Assembly: GCA_964637115.1 (NCBI GenBank)
Contig: CAZWVL010000001.1
Location: 96,001 to 160,000 of the forward strand
Length of the DNA stretch: 64,000 nt
Direction of reading: 5' to 3'
Source of the DNA: an uncultured Methanosarcinales archaeon
GTDB taxonomy: Archaea; Nanobdellota; Nanobdellia; Woesearchaeales; ARS49
Within the stretch, counting starts at the first letter, position 1, and every line of letters starts with the position of its first letter. Positions 46,096 through 55,900 of the stretch are shown here, in pieces. A model generated the notes under the pieces. It made no database searches and had not been told where the DNA came from. It was given only the letters and a program-made list of their open reading frames with translations. The position numbers and the translations under genes were made by a program.

Positions 46096-46557
46096 TTATT
46101 TGGTATGAGTTACTTCGTAATATAATATTCCATATGAACTGCTACCTGGTCTCTTGACAAGTTTAAAATATTCTTCTGTCGGGCGTTTTTGTCTGGAAAC
46201 ATCAAAGGTAAGCTCCACAACCTGGCCTTCTACGCTTTCTCCCAATTCCCACTGCTTCAGTTGAAAGTTCCATTTCTGTAATGCATATTCCTCAACCGGC
46301 CCGTGTTGAACGTCAAAATTTCTTAAAACGCGCACGACAGCTTCAGGAGTGACTTCACTGAGCGCCTGCTTATCAAAAAGATTTGCTGCAGCCTCAAATT
46401 CGCCGTATGCAAGCCGGTCATACCATTCTTCCACTGTTAACATTGCCTCATCTGCTTCCTTTTGACCAGTCTCAATCTGCTTTTGTGTGATTTGAGGAGT
46501 ACAACCTGCAAGGAGAATGAAAAACCCTAGAAAGATTCCTAGTTGCAGCTTAATCAT
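46096..46557 (-). CDS. Putative lipoprotein (NTF2-like/DUF3887-like)
   Basis: Lipobox LLAGC; YGEFEAAANLFD pattern. Confidence 0.65.
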   Translation of the reverse strand: MIKLQLGIFLGFFILLAGCTPQITQKQIETGQKEADEAMLTVEEWYDRLAYGEFEAAANLFDKQALSEVTPEAVVRVLRNFDVQHGPVEEYALQKWNFQLKQWELGESVEGQVVELTFDVSRQKRPTEEYFKLVKRPGSSSYGILYYEVTHTK

Positions 46558-46563
46558 AAGTTA

Positions 46564-46986
46564 CTAGCACTCGCCAATAACAATGGAGACAATCTCTCCG
46601 CCGCAGTTATCTGTGCAGACTCTCTCTGCAGCTTCTCTAGTAACTGAAGTAATTCCCTGCTCCATGCAGTTGCAAGTGTAACAACTCTGGTCAGGCAAAC
46701 CTGTTTCTGCAGCCCTGCCTGCAGGGAAAGCAATAGTACCCGGCGCTGAAACACCGCTAATGCTTCCTCCATATTCCTTTGCAGCAGGAATGACAAAATG
46801 GCCAGTAACAGGGCTTTCAGATTGGACTTCTGAGCTAATCGCCTCGCCAGAGCTTGCCAATGGAAGATAAGCCTGGCCGGATGCAGAGTTGCCCGGTAAA
46901 AGATAGAATATAATGCCTCCCAGAGCAGTAACTGCTACTGCCAGGAAAATCAACAATTCCGCATTACCCTTTTTGGACACCATCAT
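46564..46986 (-). CDS. Class III signal peptide (pilin-like) protein with a Cys-rich C-terminus
   Basis: SKKG/NAELLIFLAVAV; CYTCNC...CTDNC...C. Confidence 0.75.
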   Translation of the reverse strand: MMVSKKGNAELLIFLAVAVTALGGIIFYLLPGNSASGQAYLPLASSGEAISSEVQSESPVTGHFVIPAAKEYGGSISGVSAPGTIAFPAGRAAETGLPDQSCYTCNCMEQGITSVTREAAERVCTDNCGGEIVSIVIGEC

Positions 46987-47012
46987 TCATCACCTGCTTA
47001 ATATGAAAATTT

Positions 47013-47498
47013 TTAAATGTATTGCTGCCTGAAAACACCTGGCGGCAAATCTTCTCTTGACACCTTAGGAATACCTTCTTTTTCCAATTCACGCGGATAC
47101 GTCAACTCAGGACCCCCGCTCGCAATACTATTTTGCTGAACCCTCAAATAATCAATATCATATTTCCCAGGAACCAATTGTGCACCGGCAACACGCCACT
47201 TGTTACGGCACCACGCCAAACACTGCTTAAGAAAATCACCGCCTCTTCTTTCTAAATCCCATTCATGACGCGGTTTCTCTATAGGCGTGCCGTGACAGGT
47301 AGATTGACATTGAAGCAAACCATACTGCATTTCGCCTGGACTGGGCATTGGAGGAACATACGCGGCACCCCAAGTGGACCTTAAGCTGAACATACCTTCT
47401 GCATTATTTTGAGGCAGCAAAACGTAGAATGCGCCTCCAAAAGCAATTACAACAATAACTAAGAATATCCACAACTCTACACTGCCTCTTTTATGCAT
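47013..47498 (-). CDS. Class III signal peptide (pilin-like) protein
   Basis: HKRG/SVELWIFLVIVV; CQSTC...CLAWC. Confidence 0.75.
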   Translation of the reverse strand: MHKRGSVELWIFLVIVVIAFGGAFYVLLPQNNAEGMFSLRSTWGAAYVPPMPSPGEMQYGLLQCQSTCHGTPIEKPRHEWDLERRGGDFLKQCLAWCRNKWRVAGAQLVPGKYDIDYLRVQQNSIASGGPELTYPRELEKEGIPKVSREDLPPGVFRQQYI

Positions 47499-47535
47499 AT
47501 CCTGATTTCAGACGGTTTGATATAAAAAGCTTTCT

Positions 47536-47748
47536 TTATCTATTGTGATTAAGGTGGATAACAAAACCAACAAACATAAACCAAATGACTATAAGGACTG
47601 CCATGAAAGGCGAAATAGGATCAGTGCCTGGAATACCCTGCAACGCTCCGCCAACCTGAATTGAAGAACTTGACGAAAGCCGCCAGAAAAGAAGGAATGC
47701 TGCACTGACAACAATAATCAATGCAGTATACAAATGAACCTCTTTCAT
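47536..47748 (-). CDS. Small two-TM membrane protein
   Basis: Two hydrophobic helices; start moved to ATG 47748. Confidence 0.6.
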   Translation of the reverse strand: MKEVHLYTALIIVVSAAFLLFWRLSSSSSIQVGGALQGIPGTDPISPFMAVLIVIWFMFVGFVIHLNHNR

Positions 47749-47810
47749 ATTGGTCTTCAAGAGCAGTTGTTATAAAAAGGTTTTTAATGTGCTGCCTGTC
47801 CGACGATAGC

Positions 47811-48491
47811 ATGAAGCTTGGCGTATTGTATTCGGGAGGCAAGGACAGCACTCTGGCATTAATTAAGGCACAACAGCACCACGAGGTTGCATGCCTAATC
47901 AGCATTATTTCTGAAAACAAGGAAAGCTTCATGTTCCACACTCCCAATATCGATATGACTTTATTGCAGTCACAGGCACTAGGCATTCCGTTAGTGCGCG
48001 TTACGACAAAAGGAGAAAAAGAAAAAGAGCTTGAAGATTTGAAAAAAGCGATTGATGAAGCAGTTAAGCGGTATCAGATTGAAGGAATTGTTACGGGTGC
48101 AGTCAAAAGCACTTATCAGGCAAGCAGAGTGCAAAGAATCTGCCACGAACTGGGAATCTGGTGCTTTAATCCATTGTGGCTGATGGACCAGGTTGAATTA
48201 TTGCACGAAGTCTTGCAGAAAGGAATAACGGCAATAATATCTGGCGTTTTTGCAGAGCCATTGGACAAAAGTTATCTTGGAGCTGCAATTGACAGTAAAA
48301 TGATTGAACGACTCGCTAAAGTTGGCTCTACTCACCACATCAATCCCGCAGGCGAAGGCGGAGAAATAGAGACAACAGTGCTTGACGCGCCAATATTCAA
48401 GAAAAAAATCGTGATTACGAAGAACTCAACAGAATATGCCAATTACAGCGGTGTGTTTGCGATAGAAGATGCGAGGCTGGAACAAAAATGA
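47811..48491 (+). CDS. dph6: Diphthine--ammonia ligase (Dph6/MJ0570 PP-loop ATPase)
   Basis: LYSGGKDS, SFMFHTPNI, YQASRV, NPLW, GEGGEIET. Confidence 0.9.
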   Translation: MKLGVLYSGGKDSTLALIKAQQHHEVACLISIISENKESFMFHTPNIDMTLLQSQALGIPLVRVTTKGEKEKELEDLKKAIDEAVKRYQIEGIVTGAVKSTYQASRVQRICHELGIWCFNPLWLMDQVELLHEVLQKGITAIISGVFAEPLDKSYLGAAIDSKMIERLAKVGSTHHINPAGEGGEIETTVLDAPIFKKKIVITKNSTEYANYSGVFAIEDARLEQK

Positions 48492-49000
48492 TTCTTATAA
48501 TCTCGACTTGCAAAGAACATCTCAGCGAATCAGAATTTGTAAGACCAATAGCCATGTTAATAGAAAACCACAACATTTTACATTATTCAAAAGTCAAGCC
48601 AGCAGACATTAAAGCAGCAGATAAAATAATCATTGCGGGCACGGCACTGAAAGACTTCGATTATCTTGCAGGAGATTTCAGCTGGTTGAAGAAATACGAC
48701 AAGCAAGTCTTAGGAATATGCGCTGGAATGCAAGTCGTTGCAAAAGAATTTGGAGTACCACTTGAGGAGCATACAACTATTGGACCGCAGAAAGTGGAAG
48801 TAATTGAAGACAATAAGCTTGCAAAAGAGGAATTTAACGCATATTTCCTCCACACTAAGACAGGAACAGGCAATTTTAAGGTACTTGCCACGTCAAATGG
48901 CAAACCGTGCATGATAAAACATAACGAAAAGGAAATATATGGGTGCATCTTCCATCCAGAAGTTATGAACGAAGATATTATCAGGAGGTTTGTACAATGA
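48488..49000 (+). CDS. Class I glutamine amidotransferase (stand-alone)
   Basis: LGICAGMQ and IFHPE triad motifs; 4-nt overlap with dph6. Confidence 0.85.
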   Translation: MILIISTCKEHLSESEFVRPIAMLIENHNILHYSKVKPADIKAADKIIIAGTALKDFDYLAGDFSWLKKYDKQVLGICAGMQVVAKEFGVPLEEHTTIGPQKVEVIEDNKLAKEEFNAYFLHTKTGTGNFKVLATSNGKPCMIKHNEKEIYGCIFHPEVMNEDIIRRFVQ

Positions 49001-49518
49001 GGTGGGTGATTTTGACGTTACTTCTCATTGCTGGGTGCACACAAGGAGAACGCACGGCAAAATCTGAGAACCAACATCAAGATGTCCAAGAAACCTTGCA
49101 AGAAAGCCAACCAGCGGCACAAGAAATAGAGCCCGTTGAACTTAAACTTGATAAAACGAAGTATGAAGAACTGATTAATCGACACTGTGCAGACTTCTTA
49201 CAACTCGAAATACATGCTGGAAAATCCATTCAAATGCAAAAACTGGAAAAGGAAATAATGAAGATGGGAGCAAATAATTGCTACGATGACATTGCGACAG
49301 TTACAAATGAGGAAAAGCTTTGCAAACTAACAGAAGCATTTTCGGCAAGCCAATTACATCACACTACAACGGAAGCGTATGAATATTGCTTGAAAAGCAC
49401 CGGTGCCTATAACTTACGACCTGAACTTTGCGAGCAAATAACAACAGAAGAAATCAGAAAACTTTGCTTTGCAGATTTAGAATTTTACAAGGAGGAAAAG
49501 GCAAATGCCAGTCAGTAA
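48997..49518 (+). CDS. Putative lipoprotein with Cys pairs
   Basis: MRWVILTLLLIAGC lipobox; ATGA coupling. Confidence 0.7.
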   Translation: MRWVILTLLLIAGCTQGERTAKSENQHQDVQETLQESQPAAQEIEPVELKLDKTKYEELINRHCADFLQLEIHAGKSIQMQKLEKEIMKMGANNCYDDIATVTNEEKLCKLTEAFSASQLHHTTTEAYEYCLKSTGAYNLRPELCEQITTEEIRKLCFADLEFYKEEKANASQ

Positions 49519-49816
49519 AGCCTCGTGGATAACAGTGCTGGTGGGCGCAATTATACAATTATTTACTGCTTATAGAATGGTTACGATAAAATACCTGAAC
49601 TTTTTGGCAAAGTATCCCGATTCAGCATATCTTTTTCTTATTGCCGGAGCATTATATTTTGTAATCGGCTTCTTCATGTTCTATACTGTTTTACTTTTAC
49701 GCAAAGAAAAGACGTGCAGACGCGGAAGCATATTCGCAATAATTCTAAGTATACTTGGGCTGAATATTGTTGCTCTTGTAGGAGCCATAATAGGCTTCAT
49801 AAAATCACGCAAGTGA
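49505..49816 (+). CDS. Small membrane protein (3 TM)
   Basis: Hydrophobic pattern, ending LVGAIIGFI. Confidence 0.7.
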   Translation: MPVSKASWITVLVGAIIQLFTAYRMVTIKYLNFLAKYPDSAYLFLIAGALYFVIGFFMFYTVLLLRKEKTCRRGSIFAIILSILGLNIVALVGAIIGFIKSRK

Positions 49817-49857
49817 TTCCCGCAAAACATAAATACTCGAACGCTCCCCGATGGTTT

Positions 49858-50289
49858 ATGAAACTTTCATTTATTCTGTTGATGTTATTTCTTATCAGCT
49901 GCGCGCCAGCTGCACAGGAAGTAACTACAAAGCCAATTGTTGAATCAAAGCCAATGGTGCAGCCGAAAATCGAAGCGCTGGAGCCCCAGGTCAAAGCTCC
50001 CCAAGTCCAGATTACAGAAACACAACCTCCACAGAAAACAACACCGCCAAAATCAAGTTTGTCGCTGGAACAACAATGCATTGATCTTTGCGAGAATAAT
50101 TGCGCAGAAACAGCACAAAATTCCTGCACGCAAAGTGAACGTTCAACGTGCAAAGATTATTGCGGCGACAATCCAGCAGTAGACCCGTCAGCCTGCACGC
50201 AAGCCTGCTCCTATCTCAATCAGCCAAACGTCTGCAAGCAACAGATGGAACAGTTTTGCTCGGCAAATTGTGTATCGTTCTGCCACTAA
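49858..50289 (+). CDS. Lipoprotein with a Pro/Gln/Thr linker and a 12-Cys C-terminal domain
   Basis: MKLSFILLMLFLISC lipobox; symmetric Cys spacing. Confidence 0.75.
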   Translation: MKLSFILLMLFLISCAPAAQEVTTKPIVESKPMVQPKIEALEPQVKAPQVQITETQPPQKTTPPKSSLSLEQQCIDLCENNCAETAQNSCTQSERSTCKDYCGDNPAVDPSACTQACSYLNQPNVCKQQMEQFCSANCVSFCH

Positions 50290-50600
50290 TTAATCAACTT
50301 TACAAGTTTTTTCTTTTGTGTTTTAGAAAGCGCGGACTTGACAGCATTATCCAGCGCGCTTGATTCGCGTTTCACGTAATCGTAAGCAAGTTCAGGACGA
50401 GAAACAAGCTTGCCTGCATGAATGACGTATTTTTTCCACGAGATATTTTTAATCTGGTAAATCAGTTCTGCAAGTTCAGCAGCTTCGGATGAATGTTTTT
50501 TTGCGTGTTCTGGCATGCGGTCCGGACTAAGATACGGTTTTCCCTGTGTTCGCTGCAAATACTGCAGGCGTGTTGCTTCGTATAATTCTCTGTCGCCCAT
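50286..50600 (-). CDS. Hypothetical protein
   Basis: 104-aa ORF co-oriented with SRP54. Confidence 0.6.
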   Translation of the reverse strand: MGDRELYEATRLQYLQRTQGKPYLSPDRMPEHAKKHSSEAAELAELIYQIKNISWKKYVIHAGKLVSRPELAYDYVKRESSALDNAVKSALSKTQKKKLVKLIN

Positions 50601-50618
50601 TCTTCACTCACTATTTTG

Positions 50619-51143
50619 TTATATAAACTCGTCGTCATCAGGAGTTACCTGTCTATATGCTGGAATTAAATTCGGTTTAGGCTTTGGCTGACCATTTTCC
50701 CTGGTATATCCTGCCTGCCATTTCTTGAATTCTGGCGTTTTTTTAACGTCCTCCATCTTGGGAAGAGACGCTTCTGTAATCAACTCAATAGGGCTCTTTG
50801 AATTAATTTTCTTCGGAAGCTGCCAGTTGACAGGATGAAAAGATTCTTTCAGGCTTTTTTCAAGCTCTCTGACTTCGCGAAGAGTTTTGCCTGCGTCCTT
50901 TTCATTTATCATCAAAGAATACCAAGCAGTCAGTCCGTGACCGCAAACAGGAATTGGCTTGAAATAAAACCGTTCTGAACGGATGTAAAAGTCGCCTTTG
51001 TCAATCTGCGTTACAACAACTCTTGTCACCTGTTCAGGCTCGTAGCAATTAAAACAATACTTTCCCTTGTTAAATCCATTATTACCTGTCATTTCACTCA
51101 CCCTGACTACGTCACAAAGCACTTCTTTATCAATGTTACTCAA
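50619..51143 (-). CDS. Hypothetical protein, possible Zn site (CFNC...CGH)
   Basis: Starts immediately after the SRP54 stop. Confidence 0.65.
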   Translation of the reverse strand: MSNIDKEVLCDVVRVSEMTGNNGFNKGKYCFNCYEPEQVTRVVVTQIDKGDFYIRSERFYFKPIPVCGHGLTAWYSLMINEKDAGKTLREVRELEKSLKESFHPVNWQLPKKINSKSPIELITEASLPKMEDVKKTPEFKKWQAGYTRENGQPKPKPNLIPAYRQVTPDDDEFI

Positions 51144-52496
51144 TCAAAACTTCAAATTCGGCCCAGCTTTCTTGGCCATCTTCTTCATCAGCTTCTCAGG
51201 ATTCTCTCCCTTAAGCATTTTAACCATCTTCTTTGACTGCTTGTACTGCTTAATCATGTCCCTAATGTCACCAGTTGAAACACCAGAACCCTTGCTGATT
51301 CTTTCTATTCTCTGCGCGTCAATAACATCCGGCTCTTCCAATTCTCCCTTTGTCATTGAATTCATGGCGTGCTTCCACTTCTGCAGCTTGCCTTCTTGCA
51401 CCTGCAATGCCTCTTTTGGCAGGCTTATGGAGCCCAAACCAGGAATCATTTCCAAAACTTTGCCCAACGGACCCATCTTAGACATAGCTTCCATCTGACT
51501 GTAAAGGTCAATCAAATTAAACTCTCCTTTCAACAGCTTTTTCTCAATATCTTTAGCTTCTTCCTCAGTAATTGCTTCTTTGGCTTTTTCTAATAAAGCT
51601 TCCAAGTCGCCCATGCCTAAAAGTCTGCCAACAAAACCTTTGGGATTAAACTGTTCGAAATCGTCAACTTTTTCTCCAACACCTATGAATTTTATTGGAG
51701 CGCCTGTAACTGCACAAGCGCTTAAAGCTCCTCCGCCTTTTGCAGTACCGTCCATCTTCGTAACAACAACACCAGTTATAGCGCCGGCCTCGTGGAACGC
51801 TTTGGCCTGCGATTGAGCGGCCTGGCCAATGTCTGCAGAGATGACTAATAACGCTTCGTCAGGCTTAGCTAATTCGTGAACTTTCTTTAATTCTTCAATC
51901 AGGTCCTGAGATAAAGCGTCTCTGCCTGCCGTGTCAACGATAATTAAGTCAAACTTCTTGAACTCTGGTTCAAAGTGCTTATAGATTTTTATTGGATCTT
52001 TCTCGCCTTTATTGACAAAAACAGGAACGTTAATTACCTTTCCTACCTGCTCCAACTGGTCCATAGCAGCAGGACGATGAACGTCAAGACCCAACAAGGC
52101 AACACGTTTTCCTCTTTTCATGAAATATTTTGCAATCTTGCCTGAAGTAGTTGTTTTACCTGAGCCAAACAAGCCAATAAGCATAATCTTGTTCGGCATT
52201 TTGTCGCCAAGCTTCAATTCAGATTTCTCTCCGCCCAAGAATTTAGTTAATTCCTCATAAACAATATTGATTAAATGCTCCTTCTTTGTCAAAGCGCCAG
52301 GAGTTTCCTCTTTCAGAATACGGTCCTTGATTTTTTGCGTTAATTCAAACACCAGCTTGACATTAACGTCAGCCTGCAAAAGCGCTCTCTGAATATCTTT
52401 AATTAGTTCATTAATGAGTTTTTCATCTACAAACATCGACTTTGCAATCTTCTGCAAAGTATTCTTCAAGCTCTCAGAAAGCTTTTCCAAAACCAT
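51144..52496 (-). CDS. srp54: Signal recognition particle protein SRP54 (archaeal type)
   Basis: ALLQADVNV, GLFGSGKTTT, DTAGR, TKMDGTAKGGG, GRLLGMGD, M-domain RIERISKGSG; start MVLEKLSESL at 52496. Confidence 0.97.
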   Translation of the reverse strand: MVLEKLSESLKNTLQKIAKSMFVDEKLINELIKDIQRALLQADVNVKLVFELTQKIKDRILKEETPGALTKKEHLINIVYEELTKFLGGEKSELKLGDKMPNKIMLIGLFGSGKTTTSGKIAKYFMKRGKRVALLGLDVHRPAAMDQLEQVGKVINVPVFVNKGEKDPIKIYKHFEPEFKKFDLIIVDTAGRDALSQDLIEELKKVHELAKPDEALLVISADIGQAAQSQAKAFHEAGAITGVVVTKMDGTAKGGGALSACAVTGAPIKFIGVGEKVDDFEQFNPKGFVGRLLGMGDLEALLEKAKEAITEEEAKDIEKKLLKGEFNLIDLYSQMEAMSKMGPLGKVLEMIPGLGSISLPKEALQVQEGKLQKWKHAMNSMTKGELEEPDVIDAQRIERISKGSGVSTGDIRDMIKQYKQSKKMVKMLKGENPEKLMKKMAKKAGPNLKF

Positions 52497-52548
52497 ACAT
52501 AAATGCCTATGAGGAGGGTTTATAAAGGTTATTGCCTGTCTGCAAAAC

Positions 52549-52890
52549 ATGGCGGCTATAGACGAGGTTGTCAAAACAATTGACGAAACCATTTCACAGG
52601 CACGAGCCACTTTTGAAGACCAATTCCAAGCCCTAAAAGCACGCCAAGAAAAACGTTCAGGTCCTGTTGCTTTTTCATCCACAAAGGGTCTAACGCAGCA
52701 ATGCGTTTCTTGCAGCAAGGAAATCGTCAACTATGCCGTTTTTGGCAGATGCATCGAAGGAGAAAGAGAAGGTTTTGTCAACATCAGCTGGAATTGCAAC
52801 AATTGCAAAAAACGTTTTGTTTTCATGGGCCCCAGAAGCTCAGTCGTAGATAAGCTATTGCACTTGTCTTATCAGCTAAAAGCGGCCTAA
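52549..52890 (+). CDS. Zn-ribbon hypothetical protein
   Basis: CVSC...CNNC. Confidence 0.65.
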   Translation: MAAIDEVVKTIDETISQARATFEDQFQALKARQEKRSGPVAFSSTKGLTQQCVSCSKEIVNYAVFGRCIEGEREGFVNISWNCNNCKKRFVFMGPRSSVVDKLLHLSYQLKAA

Positions 52891-52944
52891 ATATTCTTTT
52901 TCAGACGAGAAAAAATTATAAACCTCGCTTATTGACGGCAAGGC

Positions 52945-53706
52945 ATGACTAATTTAGCGGGGGTAGAGCATATCAAGACTCTTGGATTTCCCACAACGAA
53001 AAAGTTCGGGCTTTACCTTCCGGAGAATGTTTACGGAATAGATCTTGATGAGCTTTACCGCGATGCACCATCAGGCGCAACCATTTATGTCAATTACCGC
53101 GGTATCAAAATCGACCACGGCCCAAATGGAATACGACCTATCAAAATAAAAACAAGCAACGGCGTTCCCAGAGAAAAGTTTTTTGAAACATTTGAAGAAA
53201 TGAGGCAAAACTGCAAATTGCCGCTCTATGACCAGATATTCGGCGTCTGCCAAACAATTTGCCAGCTGGATGCCATCATCTCAGGCATCTGCGTCAAAGA
53301 CGACCAAGACGGTTTTGGACGTTTAACAGCAGAAGCAACTTTTGGAATGAGAAAAGGCGACTTTGACCCTCATCTTTCCATTGGAGACCAGATTGTCGGA
53401 GACAGAAGAATAGCCCATAACAGGCAGTTCAATGTCGCGCCTGTCGAAAAAATACCTTCTCAACATCAGCATCTCTATTCTCACAAAGATTTGGCAATTT
53501 ATCATATGCTAGATGTTATGCGAACAACAATGAGAAACTTCGGCGAAGGAATAACTGGCATTGAATTCATGGTTGATTTGCGCAAAAGCGAAATCTTTTT
53601 TGTGGACTTCTACCACTCCAGACATCCGAACCCTGATACGCAAGCAGGAAAACCATCCGTCTATCATACTGCTGAAGAAAAAATCGAAGCAGACAAAGCC
53701 GCGTGA
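52945..53706 (+). CDS. Hypothetical protein
   Basis: 253-aa ORF after a TTATAAA box; weak ATP-grasp-like C-terminus (IEFMV...IFFVDF). Confidence 0.7.
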   Translation: MTNLAGVEHIKTLGFPTTKKFGLYLPENVYGIDLDELYRDAPSGATIYVNYRGIKIDHGPNGIRPIKIKTSNGVPREKFFETFEEMRQNCKLPLYDQIFGVCQTICQLDAIISGICVKDDQDGFGRLTAEATFGMRKGDFDPHLSIGDQIVGDRRIAHNRQFNVAPVEKIPSQHQHLYSHKDLAIYHMLDVMRTTMRNFGEGITGIEFMVDLRKSEIFFVDFYHSRHPNPDTQAGKPSVYHTAEEKIEADKAA

Positions 53707-54339
53707 CTACTTTTCCCTTGCGGCATGTATCGCGTGCTCAATAATGGAAGGAGTCCAGCCCTTTTCTGCGAGCTGCATCCTGATGTCCTTCAAAGATTTT
53801 TGATGCTCAAACTGATGCTTGACAAAATTAATTAATTCGTCCGGAGCAGGATGAATGTGCTCTTCTTTGTGGGTTTCCCTGTGGACATAATACTGCTCTC
53901 TCAGCCAGAATATAAGAATGACGATTACGATAAGCAGTAAAATGTTAAATCCGAGCAAAAAAACAATGTATGTTGGGAACCTAATTTGTGCGGGAGCTTC
54001 TAGCGACGGACGCGCGTCAACCTTATTCGCTATCGCATCAACAGTTGACTGAATCTGCACAACATTTGCCAGCATAGAACGCTGGAAACTGTCCATCTGT
54101 CCCTGCAACTGCGAGATTTCATTTGTACGCTGTTCCTGCCACACTCTGTTTTCGTTTCTTAACTCTGTAACATTGCCGCCCAATGATATAGCTGCATCCT
54201 GCAATCTTAGAATGTGAATATTATCCAACGGAAAATCAGAATACCGCTTGATTTCGCCGGAAGTATTAGTTATAAGATTCTGCTGGGCAAACACTGCGGT
54301 TGCAAGCAACAGAGCTAACAACAAAAGCCTCTTTTTCAT
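53707..54339 (-). CDS. Type I membrane protein: signal peptide, coiled coil, TM, small cytoplasmic helical domain
   Basis: MKKRLLLLALLLATAVFA; DIRMQLAEKGWTPSIIEHAI tail. Confidence 0.8.
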   Translation of the reverse strand: MKKRLLLLALLLATAVFAQQNLITNTSGEIKRYSDFPLDNIHILRLQDAAISLGGNVTELRNENRVWQEQRTNEISQLQGQMDSFQRSMLANVVQIQSTVDAIANKVDARPSLEAPAQIRFPTYIVFLLGFNILLLIVIVILIFWLREQYYVHRETHKEEHIHPAPDELINFVKHQFEHQKSLKDIRMQLAEKGWTPSIIEHAIHAAREK

Positions 54340-54401
54340 TATGAATAATTTTCAGAGGTAAAGGTATTTAAAGGTTGTGCAGGAAATCAACATCGCACCA
54401 C

Positions 54402-54484
54402 GGGGCTGTCTGCTAGTGGTAGGCTACATCCTTGGGGAAGATTCCAAAATGGATGTGACCCCGGTCCGATTCCGGGCAGTCCCA
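54402..54484 (+). tRNA. tRNA-Pro(GGG) with a 12-nt intron at 37/38 (54438-54449)
   Basis: Acceptor GGGGCTG/CAGTCCC-A; anticodon stem CATCC/GGATG; T-stem CCCGG/CCGGG; BHB helix TTGG/CCAA; TATTTAAA upstream. Confidence 0.85.
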
Positions 54485-54494
54485 TTTGTCATAA

Positions 54495-55439
54495 TTATCT
54501 TTTCAACTGATTAAATTCATTCAGAGTTGAGACCATGCCATACCTGCTGCTGCATTCTGCAAAGAATCTGAATGCGACTTGTGCACCTTTTCGAAATCTG
54601 AGGGCGCTACAAACAACAACTGCTCCCATTCCAAGATAGACAAACCCTTTTAGAAGCGCCATGGCTGGAAGGCGTGCATGTTTCAGCACAGGAATGAGCA
54701 TATCAAATTTGGGATTTGGGAAGTAGCGGGAGGAAAAATCCTCACCATGCATTATCCTGATTCGCGTGCGATCTTTGCCCTGTCCGCTAATGATGCGCGA
54801 GTAGTTGATAAGCTTGTTTTCATTAAAATGCCACGAGCTGTTCGACGGAAATTTCCGAATATTAATGCCCTTCTGATGAAGCCGTGCTCCCATCTCAAAT
54901 TCTGCTCCAAAAGGAAGCTCTTCAGCAAAACCTCCCATCGCGTCAAAACATTTTCTTGTCAAGGCTGAATTGTGGAAATCAAAATAATAATCATTCACCT
55001 TATAGCGTTTCAACCGCTTCCTCACGGCATAGAAAAAATTGTCCTGCGCCATAAACACTATTGAATCGCTTGGAACAGATTGAACACCCCCTGCAGCTGC
55101 TTGAATATTCTCCTTTTGGAAAAGTTCAGCGTATCGTTTCAGCCAGATTCTATCGGGATGACAATGCGATTCGATAAAACAGAGAATTTTCCCATATGAC
55201 TGTTTTACGGCTTCATTAACGAGCGCTGCACGATTCTTGCCAGGACATCGGAGGACACGCAAATGCGGATAGCGCTTTTCAATATCAGTAAGGAGCGCTT
55301 TATCTTCTTTGGAAAAGTTGCCGCAATCTGTTAAAATCACTTCATACTTATCAGCATAATCTTGTGTACAGATCGCGTGGATGCACGGCAAAAGCGTACC
55401 CTGCGAGTCCACATCGGACACGATGATGCTGGCCTTCAT
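54495..55439 (-). CDS. Glycosyltransferase family 2
   Basis: ASIIV, EVILTDCG, NEAVKQSYG, FIESH (variant DxD), GGFAEE, EFEMGARL. Confidence 0.8.
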   Translation of the reverse strand: MKASIIVSDVDSQGTLLPCIHAICTQDYADKYEVILTDCGNFSKEDKALLTDIEKRYPHLRVLRCPGKNRAALVNEAVKQSYGKILCFIESHCHPDRIWLKRYAELFQKENIQAAAGGVQSVPSDSIVFMAQDNFFYAVRKRLKRYKVNDYYFDFHNSALTRKCFDAMGGFAEELPFGAEFEMGARLHQKGINIRKFPSNSSWHFNENKLINYSRIISGQGKDRTRIRIMHGEDFSSRYFPNPKFDMLIPVLKHARLPAMALLKGFVYLGMGAVVVCSALRFRKGAQVAFRFFAECSSRYGMVSTLNEFNQLKR

Positions 55440-55499
55440 TTCTTCACGCTCTCATATACATCAGGAGAACACGCGCACTATTTTAAATCCTTTTGTCGC

Positions 55500-55898
55500 T
55501 CAGCCGGGAATTATGAAACCAACAATGCCTCCGATAATGAATCCGAAGATAAAGCCTACAATCGTCACGATTAGCCAGGCAAGTGCTGACTTGCCCCACG
55601 ATAGTTCGTAGAACTTTCGAATGAGCCACAAAAGCACGGCTGCGTTGATAACAAAGAACAACAAATTAAGCAGTGCGTTGCCGACAAGCACCGGATTAAA
55701 GGTTGGAAACAGGCTAAGAACAAAGCTCACTGCACCAGCAACAAAAGAAACACTGAGCGCAGTCTTAAATCCCTTTTTAGCAGAATCGCGGTCTGCACTC
55801 AACAGTTTCTGCGCAGTAAACCACAGCGCAAGCGCGTTAATAAAAATAATGATTACGATTGTCACAATATTGATTAAAAATGTGCTTAACATTGCCAT
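55500..55898 (-). CDS. Four-TM membrane protein
   Basis: Hydrophobic; YELSWGKSALAWL; GAGGTGG RBS. Confidence 0.75.
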   Translation of the reverse strand: MAMLSTFLINIVTIVIIIFINALALWFTAQKLLSADRDSAKKGFKTALSVSFVAGAVSFVLSLFPTFNPVLVGNALLNLLFFVINAAVLLWLIRKFYELSWGKSALAWLIVTIVGFIFGFIIGGIVGFIIPG

Positions 55899-55900
55899 AT

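Noticed and set aside
52497-52730. 78-aa N-terminal extension of SRP54
   Set aside because: Homology starts at MVLEKL (52496); the extension overlaps a divergent ORF and a promoter.
54431-54450. tRNA-Pro(TGG) register
   Set aside because: It leaves a 3-nt variable loop and a mismatched BHB helix; the GGG register gives a perfect 4-bp helix and 3-nt bulges.
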